In this document: positions 1 to 14,058 of the stretch, piece by piece
Layout: the number at the start of each line of letters is the position of its first letter
Numbering within the stretch: the first letter of the stretch is position 1
Assembly (NCBI GenBank): GCA_051362555.1
Contig: CM120643.1
Coordinates: forward strand, 3,224,001-3,288,000
Direction of reading: 5' to 3'
Source: Lingula anatina
Lineage: Eukaryota > Animalia > Brachiopoda
Length of the DNA: 64,000 bases
The notes under the pieces: model-generated
The model's input: only the letters and a program-made list of their open reading frames with translations
Told to the model about the DNA's origin: nothing
Database searches by the model: none
Made by a program: the position numbers and the translations under genes

Positions 1-240
1 TCGACTACGTATCGTCCCCAGAATTTGAGAGACCGTCTTTTGAGGCCATATACCGCTGTAAACGCCCAAATTAACGAACATGGCGTTGACGTATATAATC
101 TCTGAACTTTCAATTCCTGAAGAACTCTTTATTTTGATAGCTTTTCAGTCCAAGATATCCGCCCCAAACTTCGATATATCCCCATCTCAGTTTCTTCTGC
201 GTTCAAATCCCATGTTTCACAGCAGTAGAGAAGTGCTTAT
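1..240 (-). mobile_element. Degenerate RTE-clade LINE fragment (C-terminal part of the RT ORF), cut by the window edge
   Basis: Minus-strand translation gives ALLYCCETWDLNAEETEMGIYRSLGRISWTEKLS, then after frameshifts NKRVLQEL and IRQRHVR*FGRLQR. This matches the RTE pattern LLYGCETW..EMWCYRRMLRISWTEKVTN..YFGHIMR. Confidence 0.7.
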
Positions 241-290
241 ATGATATAGCATTTCACAAATCTTAATCTACTTAGTATTTTGGAAATTTG

Positions 291-292
291 AA

Positions 293-327
<35 letters not shown>

Positions 328-328
328 A
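291..328. repeat. (AAAT)n microsatellite
   Basis: Direct tandem aaat repeats. Confidence 0.95.
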
Positions 329-2601
329 TTCTATTCAATCACCTTGAAAATCAACATAAAACCGCTGCCACGATTGTTTGTCATTATACGTCCCACAGTT
401 ACTGAAAAGACCGGCACACACCAGGTAAAAAAAGGGTGAGTCTAAAGGGACCCTTTCAACCCACCCCTTTCCTCCAAAATAGGTCCGTTAATCTATTCTC
501 CGTCTTCCCAGAAAGGATAAAGAACATATTGAGAGGAAACCCGCAAAAACATATGCAGTGCGTCAGGTTTCATTTGGTTGAAGGTGGGTGAGGACAAAAA
601 TGGCGGATCACCCCCTCCCTTCTTTCTTTAAAATTCCCTTGATCCTGCATCGGAAGTTTCCCAGGCCTCATGGAAACGCTACTGATGCTGCTGCTACTCT
701 ACGTTCTCAAGCTGACTACAAATGTGGTTCAAGATAAAAAAAAATTCAATTTTTAGAAAGGATGGCCATTGATTAAGTGATCCGACGATTTATTATCTTT
801 GACGTTTGACTTTCATTTTGTGTCGTTAATACCCATGACACCTTTATTTCATTTTGTCTTCCGATATCGCAATAACAAAGTTGTCCAATGTCTTTTCGCA
901 GCTATCTGTTCTAACAGAGTTTCATTGCTCAAACTGACCCATCACTCCATTTTTTTATCTCTGAGACGGGGACTTGGGGAATTAACATCAATTGGATGCC
1001 CGTGTAGAGAAATTGGTTTCCACGGGCTGCCAGATTTAGATTAATGGAAAGATAATAAGGTCTTATTTTCTTGCTATGCACGTGCTTTATTCAGTTTATT
1101 GGACAGATTTCTCTCGATACAAAAAAACACCTTTAAATCCTTTTTTCAAATAGTGTCCCTTTTGCTTGGGTTCAAAAGGTAATGGTCTGTGTGATGGAGG
1201 CCCCGGTCACATTAGCGTATGCCCGGTCACTAGTGCTGTTCACACGAGGAGATCTTAAGACCGGGAAAGGGCCTTATACGCGTCATCAGCCAGCCATGGC
1301 ACTTTGAGGACTTATCGTGTCTATAACTGTGGTCTCTTCGGTTAATCAATTTCAATTTCTTACAAGTAGGTCTTTTGCCCGATATAAATTAAACCTTGTC
1401 AGCACATTTATACAATCCAGTATCGTGGTGGATGATTGTGTAAGAAATTAAGCAGGCACAGAGCGTTATGGATTAGAAAATCAATTCCAACTGTAATTAC
1501 ATCATTAGGACTGGCTGTCTTTTTTGGAATGATAAACTTACCCCATACAAAATCATTTAAATGTGTGTCAAAAATGCTTTACGTCAGTGCACCGGGAATC
1601 ACCGGCTCACTTGATGCAACATGCCTAAGAACGCGCATGCGTACTGCTCGCGGGAGCTGCGTTCATAAATCGAATGTCCATCGCGTGAAACAGAACAGGC
1701 TCAACGGCAAGCGGCATGCGGGATTACATAGACTAACTCCTTTCCTCATTGAAATTTTGCTTTTGTTCAGAAGGGACGTCTTTAGACAGAAAGTCAGAAA
1801 AGCGTTAACTTTTAGTGGCACTCTTGAGCCACCGAACGATGTCATTACAGAGAAACGCTCTGACAATCCTTTTGGTCACTGGAGGCCTGGTGCTGTTGGT
1901 AGGCTAGAATCTTTAAAAGTAGGTATCAAGATTCATTTATTTTACTCATTATTTGCTAGTAATCTTGCTGTTTAAAGCGTGTTCTACGTGTATGAATTGT
2001 TGTGGTAGCGTCAGCAGCTTAATAATACTGTCTCCTTCATTGGAGCGCGTATCCTTGATAAATGTATAGGTAATGTTCATCAAAATAAAAATATTCGCTC
2101 TAACTGTAATAAGACATGCTCAATGCTTGAAGCAATCACAATACTTTTTGTAATGCGCAAATGTTAAAATACCAGAAAAACATCGAAAGGAAATGATATC
2201 TTAACCGAAATACGTCGAATTAAAAGAAAGAAAAATTGCCTTCATAAATTAACGTTTTATCTTAAAATTCTACCATTCAATCAAAGCCTAGATGATTATA
2301 TCATATCTTCGTCATGTGTCCGTCATAGGATTAGTGCAAGTGCAATGCTGAAATAACAATGGCGCACAAGTAGATATGTTCAATCTTAATTACACAAAAA
2401 TAACTAAAGGCTCAGATTTTCACACATTTTATAAAACAAAGTAGCCTTATATGTGCATTGTAGCTATAATCTTATGAAATTCAGTACAAAATATACTAAT
2501 GATTATAATTTATGACGTTTATTAGCAAGAAAATGTCAGTACGCTCTTGATGTAGTTTTGTTTAATAGGCAGATTTGGCCTTGCCCGTTATATCAATGCA
2601 T

Positions 2602-2680
2602 ATGTGTGTGTGCGTGTATGTGTGTGTGTGTGTGTGCGTGTGTATGTGCGTGTGTATATGCGCGTGCGCGCGCGCGTGTA
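2602..2680. repeat. (GT)n/(GC)n microsatellite
   Basis: Alternating purine-pyrimidine run. Confidence 0.9.
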
Positions 2681-2956
2681 CTAACTAGAGTAATTTGTTT
2701 CCTTTTAGAACACCAAGGGAGTGCCCGAAATGTGATTTGCGAAACCTTATATATGCCTCCTTCTCCATTTTGTCGATTTTAGTGACGGTATTTCAATTAC
2801 CTTTTATCTGGAAATGGGTCGTGCAGTAAAAAAAATCAAATACTGCTACTTTGATTAATAAGCCCGTATCTGACAAGAAGTTCAATATATGAACATATTG
2901 TGGCCAGGTGTGCCCTGATAACGTTATGTTGTAAATGTCTTTATTTGACAGTGCTT

Positions 2957-3213
2957 AGAATGGGTTTCCATACCTAGACCGATCTAACAGTTTCGATCTA
3001 TCTCCAAAGGGAGGGGTCGCTAAATTGCTTTCAGCTAAAGCGGCTCAGATGTCCAGCACGCCGGCTGAAGTTGCTAAATTAATAATTAATAATCCTCTAG
3101 CAGCTTCAGTATGCGTGACAGACATCTAAGCCGCTAAAGGTGACTACAATTTAGCGAATCCCTTCGGAGATCGATCGATCCACAGTCAGAACGATAGGGT
3201 GTGGGAATGCTCC
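2957..3213. mobile_element. Palindromic MITE family A copy (~250 bp)
   Basis: Fold-back organisation: gatctatctcc..gctaaattg..aagcggctcagatgtc..ctgaagttgcta-aattaa-tagcagcttcag..gacatctaagccgct..caatttagcga..ggagatcgatc. Related copies at ~17.7-18.3k, 24.2k, 24.5k, 25.4k, 43.7k and 61.9k. Ends approximate. Confidence 0.8.
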
Positions 3214-6200
3214 CTGCTGGTTGCGGTCCTTTTTGTGTGGGTAGCGTATTGTACTTTACGTCTGACTTGAAATATGAGGTTTTTAGGTTTATCGTACATA
3301 AACAGTGGGGCGATTCGTTGAAAATTTTATCGTTTTTAATTCATTTGTTCAATAAGGGGGCATCTTGAATCCTTTTCAGTTCCGATCTCAGACACAAAAG
3401 CCAAAACCAGGACGCTGAACCAAATTAGACCGACAGTTCAAAAGTTCATTTGACCAATTCATATTAAATTTTTATATACAATAGTTATATATATGCTGGC
3501 CGCGCGCAGCTGTGCGAGAGCGTTATAGAGGTTAACTACTTAAATCAATTACTGATTGACTACTTTGTGATTCTGGTGATGAATTTGTCTGTCATTCAAA
3601 AAGATAAAAACCAGAAGCAATGCAAATGCAATAAATTGTAATCAACGATTTGAAAAATGACACTTAAATTACAATGTAGGTGCTGCGTGTTTTCGCACTA
3701 CTATACACACAAACCCAATTCAAGCTAAAAACCAATCCCTAGGCTATATGTATATTCAAGTCTCAGCCTTCACGCAGCCCATCTTCTCGAGTCGTGCATA
3801 ATTTCCCTGTTGAAATACCTTTTATTAACAACATAGTCACGGGTTTCTCAATAAGTGGTAGCTTAATAAATTTCCCCGGAGTAAATTGAGAGATGGATTC
3901 CAAATATCTCTTTCATCTTCCAATCGATAGATGGATAAGAAGCCTATTCGCAAAAACACCCATTGAAAAAAAAAGGTGCAATTTCAAAAATAAGCCCTGA
4001 CTTTGTCCGATTCCTGTATTCAATTGATCCCAAGCTAGCAGGGACTTTTAAGCAAACTTTTTCAAGTTCGTTCGGCATAAAAAAAGAGGATTTGTTTTGC
4101 TGAGTTTCCGGGAAGAATATGGAAATACCTAATCTGCCGTAAAACCATTAGAGAAAAATTGCACCTTACAATAATGGGTCGTGCTTATCATCAAATTAAA
4201 TGTTTGTGCAGTTGGTAAATGATCTGAACTGTGGTAAACAAGAGACACGTTCCTCAGCGTTATATATGTGAGAGTTGCTGTAAACGGAGTCTTGAGTTTT
4301 GAAGGAGCAAAAAAATGGTAATGACTGAGCTGTTACGGCGTTATTTATTTATTTATTTTCGTTTTCAGAGCTTTGTCTTACAGAGCTTTCGTTTGGATGG
4401 AGTTGGTGACAAAATATGTATATAACCAGGGGTTTTTGTACTAAACATGGGGCAGAGAGTGAGTGGATTCGCTTTTAAACATATGAATCATTTTTTAAAA
4501 TAAAATAATTAAAATAAAAAACTGAAATCTCAGTGTCCTTTATTTCTCTAATTGCCATTTGCATGCAGATGATTACTTGAAAATTACCGAAGAACAGAGA
4601 AAGGAGGGAAATACGGTAATTCATTAAGTGTGCCTTCTAACATTTATATCAGTATGATTTTCCTTAGTTTGTACTTTTCCAGTCAACTCCGTCATGCGAA
4701 ATTCTAAAACACGTTAAGCTGTCAAATGCGTTCGAACCCATCTGCTCATTAATATATATATACGTGCACAGCGTATGACCAGATAATTGTCTATAAAATC
4801 AATTCTGTCGCTTCACACTCATGATACACTACATTGAGAGCCAAATATCATAATCACATAATGAGAAAATAAAAATGTATTTTTAATGCTTAAAATCACG
4901 CACTGACAGCTTGGCTTCTGGAGTATGGAGGTAGCGCAGGTGCCCATTGTACGCTATTGCTATTCTGGCTTCCGAACCGAACGATTTGAAGGACAATTCA
5001 AAGACTTTAACTGGTTAGATGCTTTAAACTGAAGTGACTCCAACTACGTGAACTGGCAATTTGGCGTAATTTTAACCGCAGGGATATTGAATTAGACACC
5101 ATGAGTACGAATATTTGAGCCTTCATTACTCTTAGAAGACGGGAAGCCATCCGTTTGATTGAAACTGGAATTGACCATAATTGACATATCCCTCTCTGTC
5201 GGAGAGATCATTTCGGCGATTGATTTGCTTAAATGGCAATGTACAGCGTGGTGTAGATACGTACAGCCACTGCTTCGTGTGACTGCAGCCAGAAATCAAA
5301 TTGTGTTCATTCAATAGTTTAACGTCCTATTTCAAACAATTATTTTGCCATAACTTCATGAATATTTTACGAGCGAGGCGGTGTAATAAGCACGGCAAAT
5401 TGTCAACGATGTGTTTGTCTATCTTGTTGATGTTTCTAAAAAATATGCAAGATGCTAGGATGAATATGTTATAAGAATAAAACGAACCTACAGCCGCAGT
5501 TAACACGATCATTATAATACCATCTTAAATTTTAATTATTCAGCAAAAAAAATACTATTACGTGTATATGCATGTATATGTAGGTTATACAAAATTCAGT
5601 GTTTGGCCCAGCCTTCTAAATATTTAAATATATAGAAACTGTGCCAAACACTGAATAATAACATCACGCTTTGTGTGACCCGTTATATTCTGCAACGAAA
5701 AACCCCAACATGCTTTTTATTTTTAACAATACTGCGGCAATTATCTTATAAGCAAATTACTATTTCCAATTATCTTTTTTTTAGGCTGGAGACACCATGT
5801 TTCAACGGTGCAAATGAAGCACAGGACAAGCAGAGATCGGCTGAATGCGAATGACCACTGAATATCTGATTACTGCAATACTGACTTGATGATTGGTTAT
5901 TGAAAAGATTACTACAAAATGGATTGAAACGATACTCGAATTAGGGATATTTTGTTATAAAACAGATGGCAGTGAAGACCAATAAAGGCGTTTCCAAATT
6001 GACAATCGCTAAAAATCCTCGTTGAGAGCACTGGAAGAGAAAATGTGTCGTTCTTAATCAAAGAGTGACGAATGCTCATAATGAAAAGACCCATCCAAGG
6101 GGAATAGACTGAAACAGCGCCTAGCAAGAGCGGATTAAAATAGAGAAGGCTTCATATTTAATCTCATTCCAAAAACCAATAAATCAAATTCACGTTTCAA

Positions 6201-6755
6201 CACGGTTATGCAGTGCACAGTATTCTTTACTTTTAGAACAGTGGAAATATATTCAATTTTCGTGTTCTCATATATGCGACGTTATACAAAACTGCTCTTG
6301 CGGCTTATGCAATGTTCTGAAGACCTTAAACTCATAAGTTGTCTGCACGGCAAGATGCTGTATACTCGCTGTACAAAGTAGTATTGCAGAAACTTTGAGT
6401 GAAAAAACGCGCAAAGGGCTGGCAATGATGTTCTGAGAAGTGAGGGTAGATTTTACATATATCTGTTGGCGAAGAATGCTAATTAAGCCACCGTATCCCG
6501 TACATTCGCTCTTTTCTACAACATCTTTTGTGGCATAAGGCAGCTGCTCAGTCGGTAGGCTCTTGGGGAACAAGGGCCTTGTCTTGAAAACCTGTTCTGC
6601 CATTTCAAAAATGTTCTTATACAGCGTTACGGTTTCAGCGCTTCAACTTTAATGAACCTGTCACAGATTTAGATCCCGTTGCTATTAATGTAGAATTCCA
6701 ATGGTACTTGCCAAATTTGTTCATATTCATCTGCAGGAAAGCAGCTGAAATCAAA

Positions 6756-7757
6756 ATGGACGGAAACTTTACCAATGTGACGTCATGGTGCGGGGAAGAG
6801 GCAGACGACATGAGTAACAGAACACTATTTGAAGTTACCGTGTATAGTTTACCATTTGTTAGGATCGGAATCCCAATAATCATCCTCCTTGTCAGCGTCG
6901 TCGGACTTGTCGGCAACATCCTAGTGATATACGTCATCATTAAGTTATGGCGGATGAACATCCTATTCCTGAACCTCGCCACTGCGGATCTCCTGTTCCT
7001 TATCTTCTGCGTACCCATCCAAGTGCTCATGTACGCCACTAAGAATGAATACGTCTTGCCGTCGTGGACGTGTAAATTGTTCTACTATCTCACCTACGTC
7101 ACGATGGGAGTAAGCATATACTCATTAGTGTGTATATGTGTAATACGTTACATCGCTGTCTCCAAGCCGCTTGGTTCTAGGAGCATCCTGCATCCTAAAA
7201 CAAACGCTGCTATTGTTTCAGGAATTATATGGATGTTCACTGGAATTATCAACATTCCGTTAATTTTGTACTCGGGAGTTCGCTGGGGACCTTGTATAAT
7301 AAACACAGAGTATAACTGGCAGTATGCCGTTTACATTGTATTGGTGGTTGGATTTGATTTTTTCATACCGTTTGCTGTTGTGGCCACTCTCTCCATGTTA
7401 ATCATATGGAAAGTTCAGAAGGGACAAACCAAGCGTATGGCGCTGTCTCTGCGGAAAGCTTCACCGCATACCCACGCTTCCAGCAAGCGGGCAACGCAAC
7501 ACGTCGTTGTCATGGTGATAGTGATAACTGCTGTATTCGCTCTCTGCAACTTGCCGAATCATATTTTGCTCTTACTTCTGGCAACAGACGCCGTGGATAT
7601 AAGCTGCGCCCCACAGGCCCTGAAAGTGTTTGTTGTTCTGTTGCAAGTGCTTGGGATCTCAAACTGCAGCATCAATCCCTTTTTGTATAATTTTGCTTCG
7701 AGTGAATTCAGGAAGGAATTTGTCAAGGCGTTGAGTTTACGTCGACACAAACATTAG
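6756..7757 (+). CDS. Class A (rhodopsin-like) GPCR, galanin/allatostatin-A receptor-like peptide receptor, single coding exon
   Basis: Seven hydrophobic segments; GN in TM1, NLAxADL in TM2, C at the start of TM3, IRY (DRY variant), CNLP in TM6, SNCSINPFLY in TM7, then FRKEF helix 8. N-terminal N-glycosylation sequons. ATG 6756 is preferred to the TTG at 6708 because an acceptor ctgcag lies at 6731-6736. Confidence 0.9.
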   Translation: MDGNFTNVTSWCGEEADDMSNRTLFEVTVYSLPFVRIGIPIIILLVSVVGLVGNILVIYVIIKLWRMNILFLNLATADLLFLIFCVPIQVLMYATKNEYVLPSWTCKLFYYLTYVTMGVSIYSLVCICVIRYIAVSKPLGSRSILHPKTNAAIVSGIIWMFTGIINIPLILYSGVRWGPCIINTEYNWQYAVYIVLVVGFDFFIPFAVVATLSMLIIWKVQKGQTKRMALSLRKASPHTHASSKRATQHVVVMVIVITAVFALCNLPNHILLLLLATDAVDISCAPQALKVFVVLLQVLGISNCSINPFLYNFASSEFRKEFVKALSLRRHKH

Positions 7758-8056
7758 AACTGGATACAAAGAATGTTGACTTTTGTGAAATGCATCAATA
7801 TAGAATATCCGGTTTGATAGGAATGATAGTCCTGAGGATGGTAGTTCCATGTGATTAGTACCGGCGTAACGAAACTTGAGGTCCGTGTAGCAGAAAGTCT
7901 GCCCTCCATATAGTTACAATGGTTAGGGTTAGCCTGACCTAAGTGGGTCAAAATCCAGGCGAGGCTCACCTGTACAAACCAACGGGAAGCGGATTCTCTG
8001 TCACGGGGGACTCTCTGGCACGTTACACCGGTTATCGGATCAAGAATACCGAAAGA

Positions 8057-8344
8057 ATCCCGCACGAAAACGAAGTAGATACTCCAGCGCAGTAGACTAC
8101 TGCAATTATACTGCAAACATGCTTCAAATCTGCTTCGATTGGGGATCTAATTAGCATATTTGAAACATGCTTCTATCATGCTGCTAATCTACTGCATTAA
8201 TGCTCCTCCTCTGTACAACCCTATGTAATTTTTGAAGTAGAATTGCAGTAGGCTATACTGCATTTCTACTTCAAATATGCTCCACACCACTACTGCGTTA
8301 ATGCTTCTTTGCTACTTCGATACTACTGCATTTTCGTGCGGGAT
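8057..8344. mobile_element. MITE with TIR (atcccgcacgaaaa...ttttcgtgcgggat) and internal ctactgca/atgcttc subrepeats
   Basis: 14-bp perfect terminal inverted repeat. Confidence 0.7.
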
Positions 8345-8734
8345 GTCACCTGTACAAAGTAACGGGAAACGGAACAGTTTCTAGCGGAGTACCATTCCTG
8401 TCACACCGGCCTCTTTGGGAGATCTATTCCCGTTACAAAAATGAGTAACTTCTACAATTATCGGTCCTGGCGGAAGTGGTGTTCATAAGCTCATTGACAA
8501 CCCAATCGACTTGCCCTTGCAACACATTCTCTCAACAGACCATGATATTACGATTTGATAGCTGTGTATACATGCAGTTAGGTCCTTTTATCATCGAGCA
8601 GTATACTTTCGCGACACAGTCTGTACCGATACATTGTGAAAGACTGACAGCTTAACAATGGCTTGGCTTGTACGTAAGAGAGTCGTCTGAACGGAACCTC
8701 GACTCGACTTCCACACGTCCAACACATTTTCTAA

Positions 8735-8946
8735 TACCCCCTTTACACTGGACGGCGTCCTTTCTGCGACCATGAAATTTGGCATCGCTGTGGTCTAAAT
8801 AAGGAAGCACGAGCATTGATTTTGTATTAGAATGAATGCTCAATGATCGGCCAGTTGTCGGCACGCAAAGTATTATAATTTTTTAACTCTCAAATGGGGC
8901 CGTACTGCTGGACGCAGAAAGGACGCCGTCCAGTGTAAAGGGGGCT
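8735..8946. mobile_element. PIF/Harbinger-type MITE
   Basis: ~33-bp TIR ccccctttacactggacggcgtcctttctgcg and its reverse complement; TAA on both flanks. Confidence 0.75.
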
Positions 8947-10202
8947 TAAGCAACAGGAGGCAAATGTGAAGAGAACTTATAAAAGGTAGTAAACCCTCTA
9001 TAGCATAACTACTCGTACACAACAACAATAAGGACCTTTCAAAGTGTACCGGAACAGATACTATCGCTTAAATACACAGTTCATAACACGACGGTGCCAA
9101 GTTAAGGCCGTGACAACATGACTGTAAATGCAGACTCCCGATGTCCATCCAACTCTCATCTTTCACTTAAAACATTAGCCCCTCGCGAGCATTCGGTAGT
9201 AGCAAGATGAAGTCAGGATTAACTGGTCATTATTCTGCTGTCGACGCATCAATCGACAACACAAGACACGGAAGCAACAACAGGACTCATTTGAAGGAAA
9301 CGCATTAACGTTTATGTGTTTTTGTGACATTTATTACGTAAAACATAAAAAGAATTAACAACATATGTCCCATTGATAGCGCATGATGTTTCTGAAATTC
9401 GTGTATGAATTGATTTGCAGAGTAGAGAATTATTGACAATGTTTTAGCTAGCATTCATCTTCATTTGAATGCAAATAAAATAAAATATAAGCGCTTGGGA
9501 CTTGGAAAATTTTTGGAAATCTTGCTTACACGTCAATAAAGTATACATTACATCGCTTTTACAACAGATTAATCCTTATCGTGGTGTTCTCATCAATTTC
9601 AACTTAGATTTAGAATAGAACTGTTGCACTGGCCAGTCCATCAGAAGACTGTAGTCAAAGAGCGCGTAACTGTAGAAAGCTTCATGATACGAGGTAATTC
9701 CTTAAAAAATGGTATTACATGTAGTCAAAAACGTTTTATGATATGCTCCCCGTGCGACCATATTTATTCCTTAGTGGACTAAAGTTAAAACTGAGAAGAA
9801 CACAACATTTGTGATCATTTGAAGAATCTGTCACCAGAAACGTTCAACCAAAATAGTCAAAATCGACAATAGGACAAACCCTAGAAACCCATTTCAGCAT
9901 TCATGAAAGTCCAGTTATTTCTCTCATTTCCAAATCTGAGGTGGTTTTCACTCTATTAACCACAAAGATGTGAGGAAACATCGTTTAAAAATCTGCATAT
10001 AAATAAATATCAAATAACTTAATTTAAGTAACACTGCTTAAGTACTCCTGAACAAAATAGGTATGACAAAGCCAGTTTGATAGTTATATCTTAATTGAAA
10101 TACTGAAATACTCGGCTTTCGTCTTCTGCCTCCTTGTGATTTATAACTGAAGATCAAAGATACCGCAAAATATGTCGTCTGAGAAGAGTTTTTACTGGTT
10201 AA

Positions 10203-10539
10203 AGTGATAATAACTCTTCGTTTCGGCCAAAAAATGAATTTTCCTGGAGTAAACAACAATTTTCCCATACTTACCAATGGTTAATGAATCCATTTTTACA
10301 TTCAAAGTTAGTCCCTGGTTTTTTTCTAAAAAGTTTGGTTTTTTGTTAATATCTCTTAAGAGATTTTAACAGAGTATAGCCATCAATGGAGGTCACGTGG
10401 TCTAAAGACAAGCTCAGATATCAGAATAATAGCTATAACAGCCGTTTTTGTGGGAAAACAGAATATACTATATTTTTATGAGTCACTCACAATGTTTTTA
10501 TTGTGAAATACAGATTTCATACGAAGAGTTATTATCCCT
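10203..10539. mobile_element. Kolobok-type MITE family B (337 bp)
   Basis: TIR AG(G/T)GATAATAACTCTTCG, TTAA TSD; near-identical inverted copy at 17775-18111. Confidence 0.85.
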
Positions 10540-10542
10540 TTA

Positions 10543-10809
10543 AGCCTAGATTACATTTGAAATGCGATGCCCGTACGGTGCACGTATACTGCCCGTAATA
10601 CCCTTTCGTACGGCGTCTGAGCGGAGGTAGACGGTGGCCGTGCAAAATCGCAACGGAATCGTACGGATTTAAGGCCATGTAATGTAGACATACTCGGCGT
10701 AGCCCGTAGCACCTTACGATTTAAAATAATAATAATAATAATAATAATAACAATAATAATCGTACGGACAATTTCATCGCATGGCGCCCGCGTAAATGTA
10801 ATCTAGGCT
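10543..10809. mobile_element. Harbinger-type MITE family C
   Basis: TIR agcctagattacattt/aaatgtaatctaggct, TTA TSD, internal (AAT)n; partial copy at ~27560-27730. Confidence 0.75.
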
Positions 10810-11547
10810 TTAAGAGTAAATATAAGCCATTTTGGTTGAACACCCATGGTGGTAGATTCTTGGTGATACTTCACACGTGTAAGGAAACTGTTGCTTGACT
10901 TACAAAACCTATACCATCTCCTGGTTGAGATTTCACATTGCACACATCGTGTATTATCTTAAAACTTTTCTATAAATTAAAAACAAAAAATGTTCCTGCG
11001 AAATTTTCTAAATTTTTGGCCATACACGTCTGCTCTTTTTGCATCTTATATACATGTAACACAATATCTAAATTTCAACTCACGTATATTGAATAATTAC
11101 TACACATTCGATGTTTGCATTCCTGTACATATCTTTAGGGAAATTATTTTCTGAAAAAATAAAATAATCTTGTTGATATTTCGATCGCGTTGGTTGATTG
11201 TCTGTCAATTTTAAGCCATAATAGTGGATGAGTGTTAAAACATCTCACAATATATTCCCCTGCCGGGTATAGGCCTACCATTACCATCGGCTAAGGGATC
11301 CCCGACTTACACTTGGGGTTTGAAAGACAGTAGTGTAGTTTCTTTAGATAACGTCCTTCCTTAATGTGCATTATTTGTATAGAGTGGCAATACAACTGAC
11401 GCTGCGGTGGGCGTGCATATATCTAGTTACAGAAATACACTGGCTTCTGTTTCATTTACTGCTTACTAGTGTGATTGTCACTGAGAGTACCGAACCTTCT
11501 TCAGATATAAGGACCAGACAGGCTCTATTACTGTCTATGAATCATTC

Positions 11548-11586
<39 letters not shown>

Positions 11587-11850
11587 TGCTTCTCATTGAC
11601 GATAAATGACAATAAATTAGCGGATTCGGAGCACAAACTATTGCACACTTAGTTATACGTGATTTGGTCTACACTTAACATTACTATACGCATTCACCTA
11701 CAAGCTCCTCTATACGTAGGTCTCCCCGGATTTCTATCCTCTATGACTACCGGCGTGGATCGTCGCATGAACAAGCTTGATGCCATTTCAAACAGCAAGA
11801 ACCCTACAACAAGCAATGAACGAACATCTCGTGGACAGCAACCTGATTCC

Positions 11851-12065
11851 TCACTCGAACTCGGGTTTTTCCTCCTGAGATTTTTTCCACTTGTCTCCAT
11901 CGCCACCCTCCTCCGCGCCGCCATCATCATCATCGTCGTCGTCATCACCGCGGAGAACAGGTGCCTGCTGACCGTCCCCTCCGTAAGAAGTTAAAGCGTT
12001 ATAGGAGGCAAGACTGCGGTTCTCTGCGCTGTTTCTTATTCCATACGCAAAGTACACCACAAGCC
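11851..12065 (-). CDS. SLC7A4: Cationic amino acid transporter 4, last coding exon
   Basis: Acceptor ttttag; phase-1 junction gives GLVVYFAYGIRNSAEN (CAT-family C-terminal motif) and an acidic tail, ending in TGA. Confidence 0.85.
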
Positions 12066-13806
12066 CTAAAAACGGAGAGAAAAATAACAGTGGTTAGGTT
12101 GATTCTGCTGAAATAGAGTCACATAGCAAAATTTCTTTTCTAGTCTAAAATTACTATTTCACTTTTTTCTGTGTAGTTGGTATTGTCCTGCTACAGACCT
12201 GACATTTAATATGGAATATTTTAACTTCAAAGGTATGTCTAGGAAAAAATATATCATTTATTACTAAAACGTGTATTTCCTGTGAATTATGAGAATATAT
12301 AAATGTGTCGTCGGGTGTATCAGTAACAATTAACTGACTGTCTTGTCTGAACACCCCTGTATTACGTAATATGTGGTGATTTCTTTGGGTGGTACACTTT
12401 TGGCCGGTCCAAGTATGACTATGGCAGAGCATGGTTCAGTCAAAGTCTCAATATTTCGGCAACGCCGCAGAGAAGTCTCCGAAATTTTGCATCCAAGTAT
12501 ATTCCTCCAGCTTAAACACCCAGAAACCTGTCAGACGGAATATCTTGCCGCCTTTGAGCCCTAATAGCAGCCAGCTGAAGCAAGACACACCATTGACCGT
12601 TGCTGTGACTAGACACTGCTATGAATGTCTTTTGTGGAGCGTTTAACTCTTTCACAGATGATAATTTGAAAAATATAGAGATCGAAATAATGCTTGTAAT
12701 GGTTGGAGTTTGACTAAGAATCAGCCATGTATTTTTGTTTGCTGAATTAGGTGAATTCTATTAAAGAACTGATGTCACAATTACACTGATAACATTATTA
12801 AACGTTATTAAAACAAGATTCCGTATGTTGAACGTCATCACTTTACAAACGTTACAGAACTTTTTGACGCCACGCACAGACGCGTCAGAGCTAGGCGTCT
12901 TCCAATCCAGAATACCCTGTACAAAATAATAAAATGTGGCTTTTATTTATTTTATTATTTTTTTTTTTTTACTATGCTTAGCTTATTCACAGTAATTTTT
13001 TTTTTGAAAATTTTATTTTAGAACTTGAATAAGGAACAATGGTTAGTGAAATTATTTTTTGTATTACTTTACGCATTGCGTTAGGGGTGACACTTTTAAT
13101 ATTTGAGCGTCCCATGAGGGGGATAGTTGTCAGTTTACGGGAAATAAAATCATCAATTCATATATCACAGTTAATAAAACTTTATTCGTATCTTACTGAT
13201 AATGCGAGTTGCAAACCCTGAAAATCACGAATCACGGGGTATGATGACTTCCTTTCGCGACGGGAGAATAAAAAAATCCGCATTTACGAGTCACGGGAAT
13301 GTGGTGCTTCACGGCTCACGCTAAATAAAATGAACGTTTCAATCACCTTGGGAAATAAATAGTGGCTTTCACGGGTAACAAGCGAACCCAATGGAACCCT
13401 CAAATTTTCAATGACCTTTATATGTGTTTACCGCCCCTTCCAATAAAGAGAGATGACCATTGTCTGTTTTTCTGAATAAAGGTCTTTATTGATCAAATGC
13501 CTCTTTCTTACTGGTGCAACCTACGAAGAGATAACTTTGCAGATTTAATTTCGCCGTTTGCAATTATTTTATAAATTGATCAGATGAACCAATATTAAGT
13601 GTCCAATTTCTACATGTTAGGAAGTTTTGGGGACACATAAGGACATTAAAACTTGGGTACTGAAATCGTGTGTGTCTTGTGGACGCTAATCATGTACAAG
13701 TGAATTCAATTTTAATAATCAATGTTATCATTATTGGGGTAGGTGTAACATACGCACCATGTATAGCTTTACTTCAAGTCATAAGACAACGTAACATCAT
13801 AAACTA

Positions 13807-14058
13807 CCCCTGCGAAAATTTGTCTCATTAACGTTCACTTACGGTTCTCAATCTATTCTAGAATGTTTGGTGTATTTTTTTACAGTTCTAATGATGTTCT
13901 ATAATGAATGCAACAGTGCGAGAATTGTTTTTTAGGAAGTCCTTCAGAATGTCCTAGAACAGATTGAGATCATTTTCCATTAAAAGAGAAAAACATAGTG
14001 TTCTTGGACAGACTGAGAACCGTAAATGAGCGCTACATGAGACACATTTTCGCAGGGG
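13807..14058. mobile_element. MITE with CCC termini and TA flanks, in SLC7A4 intron
   Basis: TIR cccctgcgaaaat.tgtctcat / atgagacacattttcgcagggg; internal ttctagaa-like subrepeats. Confidence 0.75.

Noticed and set aside
700-1580. Possible LINE endonuclease relic on the minus strand
   Set aside because: Only scattered weak motifs among many stops; cannot be supported by eye.
1436-1975. 179-aa ORF
   Set aside because: TTG start and no recognisable domain; more likely promoter or 5'UTR sequence (NRF1-like GCGCATGCG at ~1633) of the GPCR, but unproven.
4900-5300. Possible CR1-like LINE relic (FKDFNWLDALN, LSVGEIISAIDLLK)
   Set aside because: Too degenerate to call.
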